Source: an uncultured delta proteobacterium
GTDB lineage: Bacteria; Desulfobacterota; Desulfomonilia; UBA1062
Direction: 5' to 3'
Length of the DNA: 64,000 bases
Assembly: GCA_963798485.1 (NCBI GenBank)
Contig: CAWCTR010000017.1
Coordinates: 244,512-308,511, forward strand
Every line of letters starts with the position of its first letter. Within the stretch, counting starts at the first letter, position 1. The notes beneath the pieces are model-generated. The model searched no databases. It was not told the DNA's origin and saw only the letters and a program-made list of their open reading frames with translations. Position numbers and translations under genes: made by a program. Positions 39,901-48,630 of the stretch are shown in pieces.

Positions 39901-40144
39901 AGGGAGCTGCATCGCACTTACCCGCTCAACCTACGAAGAGAAGCAAGCCCAGCTCGATAGTGTCCGGAAGTTCCAGAAGAGTCATGCCAAGCAGGCCGAT
40001 GCAGCCTTGAAGAAACTCGAGGAGACGGCATTGAATGGAGGGAATATTTTTGCCGTTCTCATGGACACGGTGCGCGTAGCCAGTCTCGGTCAGATCTCCC
40101 ATGCCCTTTACGAGGTAGGCGGGAAATACAGAAGGAACATGTAG
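36905..40144 (+). CDS. icmF: Fused isobutyryl-CoA mutase / MeaB-type GTPase
   Basis: N-terminal B12-binding SLFDGHDAS, GTGGSGKSS, GDRIRMN, RQFAGEG, RLSTAFDSVTLYG, HIQTSGRSLH. Confidence 0.95.
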   Translation: MKKKDTTREPLRFITATSLFDGHDASINIMRRILQDSGAEVIHLGHNMGVAEIVNAAVQEGAHGIAVSSYQGGHLEYFKYLIDLLKGQGCSYVKVFGGGGGVIVPDEIKDLEAYGVAKIYSPDDGKVMGLKGMISHMMGIAAGVQIPEVAMDNKAILARDPVLMGRLISYAERARFFKDKSFEPMRAYLKGIKTHSPVVGITGTGGSGKSSIIDELLRRALYHYPDKTIAVISVDPTRSRSGGALLGDRIRMNQIDDSRVYMRSMATRASKDELSEAIHDALDIVKAAGYDLIIVETSGIGQGDTAITTVSDYSLYVMTSEFGAPSQLEKIDMLDFADMVLINKFEQEKALDALKHVRKQFMRNHDLFETDPENLPIYGTVASRYSDAGMDKAFAHLVDTLVEKGFINWHMLPESTVDQEKAHEGIVPSGRQHYLSEIAKSLRGYHARTKEVSERLRRLYAIEDLLQDKADKLTSEGLRKLLSQVKKGIAKDDLELIHGWEKQHERYKSKSYSYTVRDKKIHVSLTKESLAGLEIPKIALPAFTDKGDLFAWLRKENLPGFFPYTAGVFPFKRDWEDPKRQFAGEGGPEKTNKRFHYLCRHDEAKRLSTAFDSVTLYGEDPHEKPDIFGKIGESGVSICTLSDMKKLYAGFDLCSPTTSVSMTINGPAPIMTAMFFNTAIDQQVEVFKKEKGRAPKAEELDAIRDHVLRTVRGTVQADILKEDQGQNTCIFSTEFALKMMGDIQTYFIEKGVENFYSVSISGYHIAEAGANPISQLAFTLANGFTYVEYYLSRGMNIDDFAKNFSFFFSSGMDPEYSVLGRVARRIWAVAMRDLYGADESSQRLKYHIQTSGRSLHSMEIQFNDIRTTLQALTALNDNCNSLHTNAYDEAITTPTEESVRRAMAIQMIINREFGLSMNENQLQGSFFMDWLTDAVEEAVLKEFDRISDRKGVLGAMETQYQRSKIQDESLYYEHLKHSGKMPIIGVNTFENPNADNQSAGSCIALTRSTYEEKQAQLDSVRKFQKSHAKQADAALKKLEETALNGGNIFAVLMDTVRVASLGQISHALYEVGGKYRRNM

Positions 40145-40196
40145 GAGCGCCTTCAGGCGCGATAGTTTTGTAATCGCGGCTAAAGCCGCACCTCCA
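40141..40196. repeat. Inverted pair of GTAG-type REP elements (REPIN-like)
   Basis: GTAGGAGCGCCTTCAGGCGCGAT ... ATCGCGGCTAAAGCCGCACCTCCA. Confidence 0.65.
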
Positions 40197-40214
40197 GCCT
40201 GTGAAAGGTTTTTT

Positions 40215-40748
40215 ATGAAGACCATCGGAAAAGGTTATGTCCACATCTACACTGGCGACGGCAAGGGCAAGACCAGCGCCGCCCTTGGCCTTGCCCTGCG
40301 GGCAGCCGGACGAGGCCTGAAGACCCATATGGTCCAGTTCATGAAGGGCCAGCACTATGGCGAGCTCGAAGGGGTAAAGACGACCGGCGGGCTCATCACC
40401 ATCGAACAGTTCGGACACAGAGCCTTTTGCAGATTCGTTGAAACCCCTGATCCTAAGGATGTGAAAAGGGCATGCTCGGCCCTTGCGCGCATACACGAGC
40501 TCATGCAGGCCCATGCCTGTGTCATCCTCATCGCAGATGAGATCATCACGGCATGCATGTTCAAGCTCCTCACCGAAGATGATATCCTTGATGTCATCCG
40601 CGTTAAACCCGACGGCATGGAGCTTGTGCTCACCGGCAGGGGCGCCACGGACCGGATGATTGAGGCCGCAGATCTGGTGACCGAGATGAAAGAGGTGAAG
40701 CACTACTACCTCAAAGGCGTCGAAGCCCGGGAAGGTATTGAAAGCTGA
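40215..40748 (+). CDS. cobO: Cob(I)alamin adenosyltransferase (CobA/CobO/BtuR)
   Basis: YTGDGKGKTSAALG, VQFMKG, ELVLTGR, ADLVTEMKEVKH. Confidence 0.92.
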   Translation: MKTIGKGYVHIYTGDGKGKTSAALGLALRAAGRGLKTHMVQFMKGQHYGELEGVKTTGGLITIEQFGHRAFCRFVETPDPKDVKRACSALARIHELMQAHACVILIADEIITACMFKLLTEDDILDVIRVKPDGMELVLTGRGATDRMIEAADLVTEMKEVKHYYLKGVEAREGIES

Positions 40749-40994
40749 ACTTTCAGGATAATTGAGGATAAACCCGGATTTTACGTTTGCGATGTATCCA
40801 TAATTGCTTCATGCTACCTCTGGTAGCTTTATGTATAACGCTCATAGTGACCATGGAATTATTTTTAAATAGGTCCGATCAGTTTTTACGCTTCTTAAAC
40901 GCAAAATCTGGGATAAAAGACTTGGCCAGTTCAAACCTGTGATTTGCCCAAACGGGCAAATCACAGGTTTGAACTGGTTGATTTTTTATTCTGA

Positions 40995-42248
40995 CTACAT
41001 GATCTCGATAGCCGCTGCCATGGACACACCGCCGCCGCCGCACAGGGTGGCCAGGCCCAGGGACTTTCCGCGCTTCTTCAGTGCATGGATCAGCGTAACC
41101 ATGACCCGGCATCCCGTGCTGCCCACCGGATGACCTAGCCCGATGCCGCTCCCATTCACATTAACCTTATCTCTGTTGAGTTTGAGGTCTCTCTCGCAGG
41201 CAATGTACTGGGCGGCAAAGGCCTCGTTGACCTCGATGAGATCAAAGCTGTCCACGCTGAATTTAGGCTTTTTCTTCAGTAGGTCCCGGACGGCCGGCAC
41301 CGGGCTGATGCCCATGACCGAGGGATGGCATCCGCCGCGGCCTGTCGCAACGATCTTTGCAAGGGGCTTCAGACCCAGCTCTTTTGCCTTGTCCGCGGAC
41401 ATGATGATCATGGCAGATGCGCCGTCGTTCAGCCCTGAGGAGTTACCTGCCGTAACCTTGCCGGTCTTGGGGATGAAGGCTGGGGGAAGACTTCCAAGGT
41501 CATTCATGGTGAGGTTGGGCCTGAAGTGCTCGTCCTTCTCGAAGATAACAGGCGGTTTGCCCCTCTTCTGGGGCAGCTCGACGGGAACGATTTCAACGGC
41601 AAAATCGCCTTCCTTGTTCGCCCGCTCGGCGCCGTTATGACTTTTGAGTGCCACCTCGTCCATCTCCTGGCGGCTGATGTCGTACATCTGGGCCAGGAAC
41701 TCAGCGGTCTGCCCCATGATATAGGGCTTGCCCTTGAATACCTCGAAGAGCGGGAAGTTCTTTACCGGGCTGTCATCTGCCAGGGGCTGAATGAATGATC
41801 CGCAGTGGAGCGCCCGGATCATGGCATCCACAAAGACCTTGTCCTGAAGCCTGCACCCCCAGCGTGCATCCGGAGAGATATACGGGACCCCGGACATGTT
41901 CTCCGCGCCGCCTGCTAAGATGATATCAGCCATATCGGACTGGATCATGGCCATGCCGCTGAGTACCGCCTCCATGCCCGAGATGCATACCCGGTTGATG
42001 GTTACCGCGGTCACACCCTCAGGGACGCCGGCAAGCAGTGCCCCCACCCTGGCCATATTCAGGGTGTCCGCCGGGTCCATGCAGCACCCGAAACGAACAT
42101 CATCGATGGTTGCCGGATCTATGCCCGCACGTTTGATGGCCTCTTTCATGACAACGCTTGCGAGACGGGCCGTGATCATATCCTTGAGCGTCCCGCCGAA
42201 TGTACCAATGGCTGTCCTGCACGCGGAAACAATGACTACATCCTTCAT
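40995..42248 (-). CDS. Acetyl-CoA C-acyltransferase (thiolase)
   Basis: NRVCISG, TAGNSSGLNDGA, NEAFA, GHPVGSTG, LCGGGG. Confidence 0.95.
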   Translation of the reverse strand: MKDVVIVSACRTAIGTFGGTLKDMITARLASVVMKEAIKRAGIDPATIDDVRFGCCMDPADTLNMARVGALLAGVPEGVTAVTINRVCISGMEAVLSGMAMIQSDMADIILAGGAENMSGVPYISPDARWGCRLQDKVFVDAMIRALHCGSFIQPLADDSPVKNFPLFEVFKGKPYIMGQTAEFLAQMYDISRQEMDEVALKSHNGAERANKEGDFAVEIVPVELPQKRGKPPVIFEKDEHFRPNLTMNDLGSLPPAFIPKTGKVTAGNSSGLNDGASAMIIMSADKAKELGLKPLAKIVATGRGGCHPSVMGISPVPAVRDLLKKKPKFSVDSFDLIEVNEAFAAQYIACERDLKLNRDKVNVNGSGIGLGHPVGSTGCRVMVTLIHALKKRGKSLGLATLCGGGGVSMAAAIEIM

Positions 42249-42386
42249 GAGAATCCCCCTTTTTAACTTAATTGGCGCCAGTTATAAACTTTGCGCGTCC
42301 TTTCATGGTGGAAATGAATTGCCATTCATTCTAAAGGAAAGGATGGTGCATGTAAAGCGCAAACTGATCCGCGGATCGGGATAAAT

Positions 42387-42451
42387 AAGTTTTAAGTTTG
42401 AAGCGTTAAGTTTTAAGTGGGGCCTGACTTAAAACTTAAAATCTAAAACTT
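42387..42451. repeat. Inverted array of degenerate 7-bp repeats
   Basis: (AAGTTTT)-like units, a GC spacer, then complementary (AAAACTT)-like units; perfect AAGTTTTAAGT/ACTTAAAACTT stem. Confidence 0.6.
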
Positions 42452-42503
42452 GATCTTTTATATCCTACTTGCACACATGCCGCAGCTGCGTTATATCTTG
42501 AAA

Positions 42504-42824
42504 GTGAACCATCCGGGAACGTTCATCTGTCAGAGATGCGGGACGTGCTGCCTTGCCGACATGATCGCCTATGTCACCACCGAAGACATGGACCGGTGGA
42601 TCATCCAGGGCAGGAACGACATCCTACATATCATTGAGAACGAGCAGGCATTCTGGGCCGGAGATCACCTCGTCTCGGCCCGTGACGGCAGACCGCTTTT
42701 AAGCTGCCCCTTCCTCACCTGGGAAAAGGGCGGATATGCCTGCGGCATCTACGAGACCAGACCTGGTGTGTGCAGAGACTACGAGCCTGCTTCTTCGCAG
42801 ATCTGCCCATTATGGAAATCTTAA
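42504..42824 (+). CDS. YkgJ-family cysteine-cluster (zinc/iron-chelating) protein
   Basis: CQRCGTCC, CPFL, CGIYETRPGVCRDY; start uncertain. Confidence 0.8.
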   Translation: MNHPGTFICQRCGTCCLADMIAYVTTEDMDRWIIQGRNDILHIIENEQAFWAGDHLVSARDGRPLLSCPFLTWEKGGYACGIYETRPGVCRDYEPASSQICPLWKS

Positions 42825-42932
42825 AGGGTGATCAGGGAGAAAAGTTTTAACCGGCTTAAGATGAATGGTACTACACAAACCCCTCTTTTAGGGCGAGATC
42901 GTCCAGTTCCAGGGTCAGGGCCTCCTCCTGTC

Positions 42933-44303
42933 TCAAGGTACGCCATATTTCTTCAGCTTCTTGTGGAGGGTCGCCCTCGTGATACCGAGTTTTCTTGCAG
43001 CCTCGCTTTTGTTCCCCCGGACTGATTCCAGCGTCTTCAGTATACTCAGGCGTTCAATTTCATCCAGGCTGAATTCACCTGTACCCCCATTTGGCAGGGG
43101 CGCATTGTACGATTCTTCCAGACGGAAAACAGGGATATCCTCGTCCCTTAGGTAGTCCGAACTGGACAGGACAACAGCGCTCTCAACCGTATTCATCATC
43201 TCGCGCACGTTACCGGGCCATGGATATTTGATGAGCCGATCCATGGCCTGGGGTGAGAATCCTTTCAAGGGTTTGTTGTTCCTGATGGCAAACATTTTGA
43301 GAAAGTGTTCAGCCAGAACAGGTAAATCCTCGTTGCGATCTCGTAGCGGCGGCACGGAAAGGTTGATTACATTGAGCCGATAGTAAAGGTCTTCTCTGAA
43401 TCTCGCACTCTTGACAAGGGTAGGGAGATCTTTATTCGTCGCTGCAATGATCCTGGCATCCACCGGGATCACCTCTTCGCCGCCGACACGGGTGATCTCT
43501 TTTTCCTGGAGCACACGCAGGAGCTTGACCTGCATGGACAGGGGCATCTCGCTGACCTCATCGAGGAAGAGACTGCCTCCATGGGCCTGTTTGAAGCGGC
43601 CCTCCCTGCGGCGCAATGCCCCGGTGAATGAGCCCTTTTCATGCCCGAACAGTTCGGATTCGAGTAATCCTTCGGATATGGCGGCACAGTTCATCTTAAT
43701 GAAGGGGTGGTCCTTCCGGTGCGAATTGAAGTGGATGGCACCGGCGATCATTTCCTTGCCGGTCCCGGATTCACCGGTGATAAGAACTGTTGCGTCCGAT
43801 GAAGAGGCCCTGGCCGTAGTTTCAAGAAGACGGATCATGGCAGGGCTCCTGCCTATGATATTCCCGGTGTCGAAGCGCTCTCCCACGAGTTCTCTTAAGA
43901 GACGGTTCTCCTCTTTGAGCATGTTGTGTTCCATTGCCTGTTCCATCTTTAAACGCAGCTCATCAAAGTCGAGCGGTTTTGTCAGATATTCATAGGCCCC
44001 CTTCTTCATGGCATCGATTGCCGTGTCGATGGAGGAATAAGCGGTCATGATGAGGACAGGGATGGAAGGGTTGATCTCCTTGATGGCCGCAAGGGCAGTA
44101 AGCCCTGATACTTTGACCATGCGGATGTCCAGGAGGATCAGATCAAAGGGCCGTTCCTGGACCATATCGATTGCCGCCTGGCCGTCTTCAGCCTCGCTTA
44201 CCTCATATTCCCAGCCTGAGAGCAAGGTTTTGAGCATGGTTCGATGACTGAAGTCATCATCCACTACCAAGATGTTTCTCCTTGTGCCGACTGACATGAT
44301 CAT
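42933..44303 (-). CDS. zraR: ZraR/HydG-like sigma54-dependent response regulator
   Basis: ILVVDDDFSHRTMLK, PVLIMTAYSSIDTA, LTKPLDFDEL, ESELFGHEKGSFTGA, Fis-type HTH. Confidence 0.8.
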   Translation of the reverse strand: MIMSVGTRRNILVVDDDFSHRTMLKTLLSGWEYEVSEAEDGQAAIDMVQERPFDLILLDIRMVKVSGLTALAAIKEINPSIPVLIMTAYSSIDTAIDAMKKGAYEYLTKPLDFDELRLKMEQAMEHNMLKEENRLLRELVGERFDTGNIIGRSPAMIRLLETTARASSSDATVLITGESGTGKEMIAGAIHFNSHRKDHPFIKMNCAAISEGLLESELFGHEKGSFTGALRRREGRFKQAHGGSLFLDEVSEMPLSMQVKLLRVLQEKEITRVGGEEVIPVDARIIAATNKDLPTLVKSARFREDLYYRLNVINLSVPPLRDRNEDLPVLAEHFLKMFAIRNNKPLKGFSPQAMDRLIKYPWPGNVREMMNTVESAVVLSSSDYLRDEDIPVFRLEESYNAPLPNGGTGEFSLDEIERLSILKTLESVRGNKSEAARKLGITRATLHKKLKKYGVP

Positions 44304-46057
44304 ACTCCTGCTTCAGGTATGCCCAGTATGGCCGTTGTGCCTTCTCCGGGCGTGCTTTCAATTGTGATCTCACCGCCATGTGCCTCTATTATTCTATGGA
44401 CAATGGCAAGCCCGAGGCCGGTGCCGGACTGTTTTGTGGTGAAGTATGGGTCAAATATGTGGGGAAGGTCCTCTTGTGAGATCCCCCCTCCGGTGTCTGA
44501 TACATTGATGGAAAACCGACAGGACAGTTCATCATGCCTGATAGCCACAGTAAGGGTCCCCCCTCCGGTCATGGCCTCCATGGCGTTGAGAAAGAGGTTG
44601 AGCAGCACCTGGCCTGTCTTGTCAGGGTCTACCTCTGCATAGCACGGGTCAGTCGGAAGCCCGGAGCGGTCGATAGAGATGTCTTTCTCCAATGCCTGCT
44701 TCTCAATCATTTCCAGAGAGCGGTTTACCAGATCTACCAGGGAGGTCTCCTTCATTTTCAGATTCATTGGCCGGGAGAGATCCAGGAGCTGGCTGATGGC
44801 ACGGTTGAGGCGCTCAACCTCGCCGACCATGATCCCGGCAATTTTCTGATCTTCCGGGATATCACGGTAGCGCTCCTTGAAGTAAGTGGCGAAACCCTTG
44901 ATGGAGCTCAACGGGTTCCTGATCTCATGGGCGACACCGGCCGCAAGGCTGCCGATAGCGGCAAGCCTCTCTTTGCGCTCCATCTCCCTTTTCAGCTGTT
45001 CGATCTCGGTAATATCGCGCAGCAGCACGATATAGCCAAGGAACGTGCGGTCTTCATCGGTAAGGAAGCTGGCGCTGGCTTCATACACCATGACTTTGTC
45101 CAGCAGAGGAATACGCAGGTCACGCACAGCTATGTCATGGGGGTTCTGTATATCTTCAACGAGTTTTGTTATTTGTTCGGGGAGGACGTCTTCGGCCTTT
45201 TTGCCTGCGGTGTCCGCGGTGGTGACCATAAGAAGACTTTCCGATACATCGTTTAGTGTAACAAGATCTCCTTTTTGATCGATAAAAATAAGTCCGATGG
45301 GCATATTGTCCACCAGCGTATCAGAAAAGGCCTTTATCCTGGATAATGAGGCCTTTGTAGACCGATAATTCTGTGCAATGACGATGGCTACAATCCCAAG
45401 CAGTCCATACATCGACAGGATTACCGCCAGGAAGATTCTCTGTTTGATGCTCTCACTGATAATCTGCTCAACCGGCTGCATATTGAGCCCTATAAAGATA
45501 CTCTGTACGGGAGGTCTTTCGATCTGAGGCAGGGTGTGGGGATAAAACCAGTCGTGGAGCGGTCTCTTGCGTCTGATGATTATCATCCCGTTCCGGGAGG
45601 GGTGGAACCTTCGATATACCTCAAAGGACTGCCTTCCATTCTCATCTTTGAGCACCCTCCACATGAGGACATGACTCAGCCTGGCCTGGTCGATGTCGAG
45701 TCCGTATGTCTTGCCGATGTTCATGGGCTGGTTATGGGCAACAATCTTTCCATCCTTGTCTGTTATAAGGATATAGAGGATATCCGGCTCTTCTGCGGTT
45801 TCCATAATAAGGCGCTGAACCTGGACGCCGCTCCAGCCCGGGCCCATCATGCCCGTTCTGGTGCCGGCTTCAAAAGATCGGATAAGGGCATCTCCCTTGT
45901 CGCTGAGCATATGGTACATATTCTTTCTCTGGGTCCTTATGCTCTCCATGGTTGTAAAGATGAAGATAGGCACCATCACGATGAGAGAACCCATAATCAC
46001 CCAGGGCGATATTCTGATCCAGGCTTTCTTTGAATGTATTGAGTTGTTATTATCCAT
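44300..46057 (-). CDS. zraS: ZraS/HydH-like sensor histidine kinase (2 TM, PAS)
   Basis: GDALIRSFEAGTRTGM typical of ZraS; AHEIRNPLSSIKGFA; FDPYFTTK..GTGLGL. Confidence 0.8.
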   Translation of the reverse strand: MDNNNSIHSKKAWIRISPWVIMGSLIVMVPIFIFTTMESIRTQRKNMYHMLSDKGDALIRSFEAGTRTGMMGPGWSGVQVQRLIMETAEEPDILYILITDKDGKIVAHNQPMNIGKTYGLDIDQARLSHVLMWRVLKDENGRQSFEVYRRFHPSRNGMIIIRRKRPLHDWFYPHTLPQIERPPVQSIFIGLNMQPVEQIISESIKQRIFLAVILSMYGLLGIVAIVIAQNYRSTKASLSRIKAFSDTLVDNMPIGLIFIDQKGDLVTLNDVSESLLMVTTADTAGKKAEDVLPEQITKLVEDIQNPHDIAVRDLRIPLLDKVMVYEASASFLTDEDRTFLGYIVLLRDITEIEQLKREMERKERLAAIGSLAAGVAHEIRNPLSSIKGFATYFKERYRDIPEDQKIAGIMVGEVERLNRAISQLLDLSRPMNLKMKETSLVDLVNRSLEMIEKQALEKDISIDRSGLPTDPCYAEVDPDKTGQVLLNLFLNAMEAMTGGGTLTVAIRHDELSCRFSINVSDTGGGISQEDLPHIFDPYFTTKQSGTGLGLAIVHRIIEAHGGEITIESTPGEGTTAILGIPEAGV

Positions 46058-46078
46058 AAAATAATCCGGTATATGCCT

Positions 46079-46094
46079 TACAACTCTCATGCCA
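46079..46094 (-). promoter_or_regulatory. Putative sigma54 promoter of zraSR (degenerate -12)
   Basis: Minus-strand TGGCATGAGAGTTGTA (GG-N10-GT). Confidence 0.45.
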
Positions 46095-46147
46095 TCGGCC
46101 CCTGACAAGCATTAACCACGTAGAGAAGGTCCTTCCTCGAAGAAACA

Positions 46148-46197
46148 GTGTATACCTTTTATACACCTGTATACTCTTAATGTATATTTTGTATACA
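46148..46197. promoter_or_regulatory. Paired palindromic enhancer sites TGTATA-N5-TATACA
   Basis: GTGTATA-CCTTT-TATACAC (46148-46166) and TGTATA-TTTTG-TATACA (46181-46197); centres 32 bp apart. Confidence 0.7.
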
Positions 46198-46293
46198 CCT
46201 ATGGATAGTGTTGATAGCGAACATACAGGGGAAATCCTCCTTATTATCAGAAACTACCTTTAAATGCAGCCTTATAGATAGTTATCACTATTG

Positions 46294-46310
46294 TTGGCAT
46301 GACCATTGCT
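46294..46310 (+). promoter_or_regulatory. Sigma54 (-24/-12) promoter
   Basis: TTGGCATGACCATTGCT, near consensus. Confidence 0.8.
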
Positions 46311-46320
46311 CATACAAGGG

Positions 46321-46427
46321 CATCAAAAAGTGAAAAAAACAGGGAAACATCTTCAAAGCCATATAACTCCTATCTACCTCCTCTAAGGATGGCGGGCAAA
46401 AGCCCAAACCGCCATCCTTTTTTCTTT
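46321..46427 (+). ncRNA. Candidate sigma54-dependent small RNA
   Basis: Bounded by the sigma54 promoter and an intrinsic terminator; no credible ORF; ACCTCCT directly 5' of the terminator stem. Confidence 0.55.
46385..46427 (+). terminator. Intrinsic terminator
   Basis: AAGGATGGCGG/CCGCCATCCTT 11-bp stem followed by TTTTCTTT. Confidence 0.8.
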
Positions 46428-46485
46428 AATGCCGGATTGACTCGCTCAATATTCTCATATAGTAGGTAGAGAGTTGGGGGTATAC

Positions 46486-47523
46486 ATGTCTTTGACGTAT
46501 CGTGATGCAGGGGTTGATATTGACAAACAGAACCTACTTGTCAAGGCTATCAAATCAAGTGTGAAGTCTACCCATGGGCCTGAGGTCATCGGTGGTATAG
46601 GTGGATTTGCCGGCCTTTTTAAACTGGATATCAGAAATTATAGCGAACCTATCCTTGTCTCATCTACCGATGGCGTTGGGACCAAGCTGAAGATTGCATC
46701 CATGGCGGACAACCATGCGGGTATCGGAATTGATCTTGTGGCTATGGTAGTAAATGACCTCATCGTCGTAGGGGCGCAGCCCCTGTTTTTTCTCGATTAT
46801 TTTGCCACCGGCAAGCTCAACCTGGATCGTGCCAAGGTCGTCATATCAAGCATTACAAGTGGGTGCCAGGAGGCTGGCTGCGCGCTTATCGGCGGTGAAA
46901 CCGCCGAGATGCCCGGTTTTTATCGAGAGGATGAATATGACGTAGCAGGGTTCGGCGTCGGTGTGGTGGATAGTGATAAGATAATAGATGGATCCCGCAT
47001 TGCTGCAAAGGATGTTCTCATCGGGATACATTCATCAGGACTGCATAGTAACGGTTTTTCTCTGGTGAGGAAGGCCCTCTTCGAGCGTGCAAAGATGCGC
47101 ATTGATGATTATCTCGAAGACCTGGGTAAGTCGTTAGCGGAAGAACTCCTAACACCTACAAGGATCTATGTTAAAAGTGTGCTCAATATCATTAGAGGGT
47201 TCGAGATAAAAGGCATTGTCCACATTACCGGAGGCGGGTTTATCGACAATATCCCCAGGGTACTCCCTGCACGTTCATCTGCTGTTATCGAGAAAGGCTC
47301 GTGGGGCATACCACCCATATTTCGATTTATTCAGGATGTCGGGAAGATCGAAGATACGGAGATGTACAGGACCTTCAATATGGGTGTCGGCATGGTGCTG
47401 GTCGTTTCTCCGAAAGAGGCAGATGATGTAATGCTCAGGCTGAAGGGTCTTAAAGAATCTGCTGATATCATTGGCTATATCGAGACGCGATCCAAGGGTG
47501 GAGAGGCGGTTATCCTCTCATAG
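46486..47523 (+). CDS. purM: Phosphoribosylformylglycinamidine cyclo-ligase
   Basis: YRDAGVDI, STDGVGTK, GGETAEMPG, SSGLHSNGFS, TFNMGVG. Confidence 0.97.
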   Translation: MSLTYRDAGVDIDKQNLLVKAIKSSVKSTHGPEVIGGIGGFAGLFKLDIRNYSEPILVSSTDGVGTKLKIASMADNHAGIGIDLVAMVVNDLIVVGAQPLFFLDYFATGKLNLDRAKVVISSITSGCQEAGCALIGGETAEMPGFYREDEYDVAGFGVGVVDSDKIIDGSRIAAKDVLIGIHSSGLHSNGFSLVRKALFERAKMRIDDYLEDLGKSLAEELLTPTRIYVKSVLNIIRGFEIKGIVHITGGGFIDNIPRVLPARSSAVIEKGSWGIPPIFRFIQDVGKIEDTEMYRTFNMGVGMVLVVSPKEADDVMLRLKGLKESADIIGYIETRSKGGEAVILS

Positions 47524-47533
47524 AGGTAAATAC

Positions 47534-48187
47534 GTGGTTCGCATTGGCGTCCTGGTCTCGGGCAGCGGAAGCAATCTCCAATCCATAATTGGCGCTTGCG
47601 AGGACAAGGATATTGACGGGAAGGTCAGCATCGTCATCAGCAATCTTCCTGGTGTTTATGCCCTTGAGCGTGCGCGTGTAAAAGGCATACCTACCAAGGT
47701 TGTATCTCATGCCGAATACCCAGATAGGGAAAACTTTGATGAGGAACTGGTAAAGATCCTTAGAGGCTACCAGGTAGACTTGGTTGTCCTGGCAGGATTC
47801 ATGCGAGTTCTTACCCCTACATTTCTCAGGCAGTTTCTAGGCAGGGTAATGAACATACACCCGGCCCTGCTGCCGTCCTTCCCCGGCCTGGGAGTTCGCC
47901 AAAAGGCGATCGACTATGGGGTGAGGTTCTCCGGATGCACTGTCCATTTTGTGGACGAGGGTGTTGATACCGGGCCCATTATCATACAGGCTGTTGTCCC
48001 GGTATATCCAGAGGATACCGAAGGCCTCCTGAAAGAGCGTATCCTTCGGTTAGAGCACAAGATCTATCCCAAGGCTATAGAGCTCTTTGCACAAGGCAGG
48101 CTTTCCATCAAAGGGAGAAAGGTATTCATCAGGGACCTTGAAAAGGATGAAGAGGCGTGCCTTGTAAATCCGCCTTTGCCCGGCTAG
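47534..48187 (+). CDS. purN: Phosphoribosylglycinamide formyltransferase
   Basis: SGSGSNLQ, LAGFMRVL, NIHPALLPSFPG, GCTVHFVDEGVDTGPII. Confidence 0.97.
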   Translation: MVRIGVLVSGSGSNLQSIIGACEDKDIDGKVSIVISNLPGVYALERARVKGIPTKVVSHAEYPDRENFDEELVKILRGYQVDLVVLAGFMRVLTPTFLRQFLGRVMNIHPALLPSFPGLGVRQKAIDYGVRFSGCTVHFVDEGVDTGPIIIQAVVPVYPEDTEGLLKERILRLEHKIYPKAIELFAQGRLSIKGRKVFIRDLEKDEEACLVNPPLPG

Positions 48188-48630
48188 AAGGCACGGTCCT
48201 TGTGAGTGCCTGTCTTTTGGGCATTCAATGCAGATATGATGGATCTTCCAAGACTCACCGACCTATCCTGAAGATACCGGGGATTTTCTTGATTCCCATA
48301 TGTCCCGAGCAGCTTGGAGGGTTAGCCACACCGCGCCCGAGTGCACATCTCGTCGGGGGTGACGGCCAGGCGGTTGTGGTTGGCAAGGCCCAGGTTATTA
48401 CTGAACAAGGCCAGGCTGTAACCTCAGCATTTCTCCTTGGTGCATCTCAGGCATGTAAGATAGCTCGCATTCTTCGGACCAGATATGCTATACTAAAAGA
48501 AAGAAGTCCATCTTGTGGAACTCATTCGATCTGGATTGAAGGGCACTTGAAAGATGGTCCGGGGGTGACTGCAGCCATGCTCAGTGCTCAGGGCGTTTGC
48601 ATAATGAATGAACACGGGCTTATGTTGTGA
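48157..48630 (+). CDS. DUF523 / 2-thiouracil desulfurase-family protein
   Basis: VSACLLG..CRYDG, CPEQLGGL.TPR, LKERSPSCG, GPGVTAAML. Confidence 0.88.
   Translation: MPCKSAFARLEGTVLVSACLLGIQCRYDGSSKTHRPILKIPGIFLIPICPEQLGGLATPRPSAHLVGGDGQAVVVGKAQVITEQGQAVTSAFLLGASQACKIARILRTRYAILKERSPSCGTHSIWIEGHLKDGPGVTAAMLSAQGVCIMNEHGLML

Noticed and set aside
46391-46410. GGGCAAAAGCCC as a c-di-GMP riboswitch fragment
   Set aside because: Lacks the GEMM P1/P2 architecture; it is the loop region of the terminator
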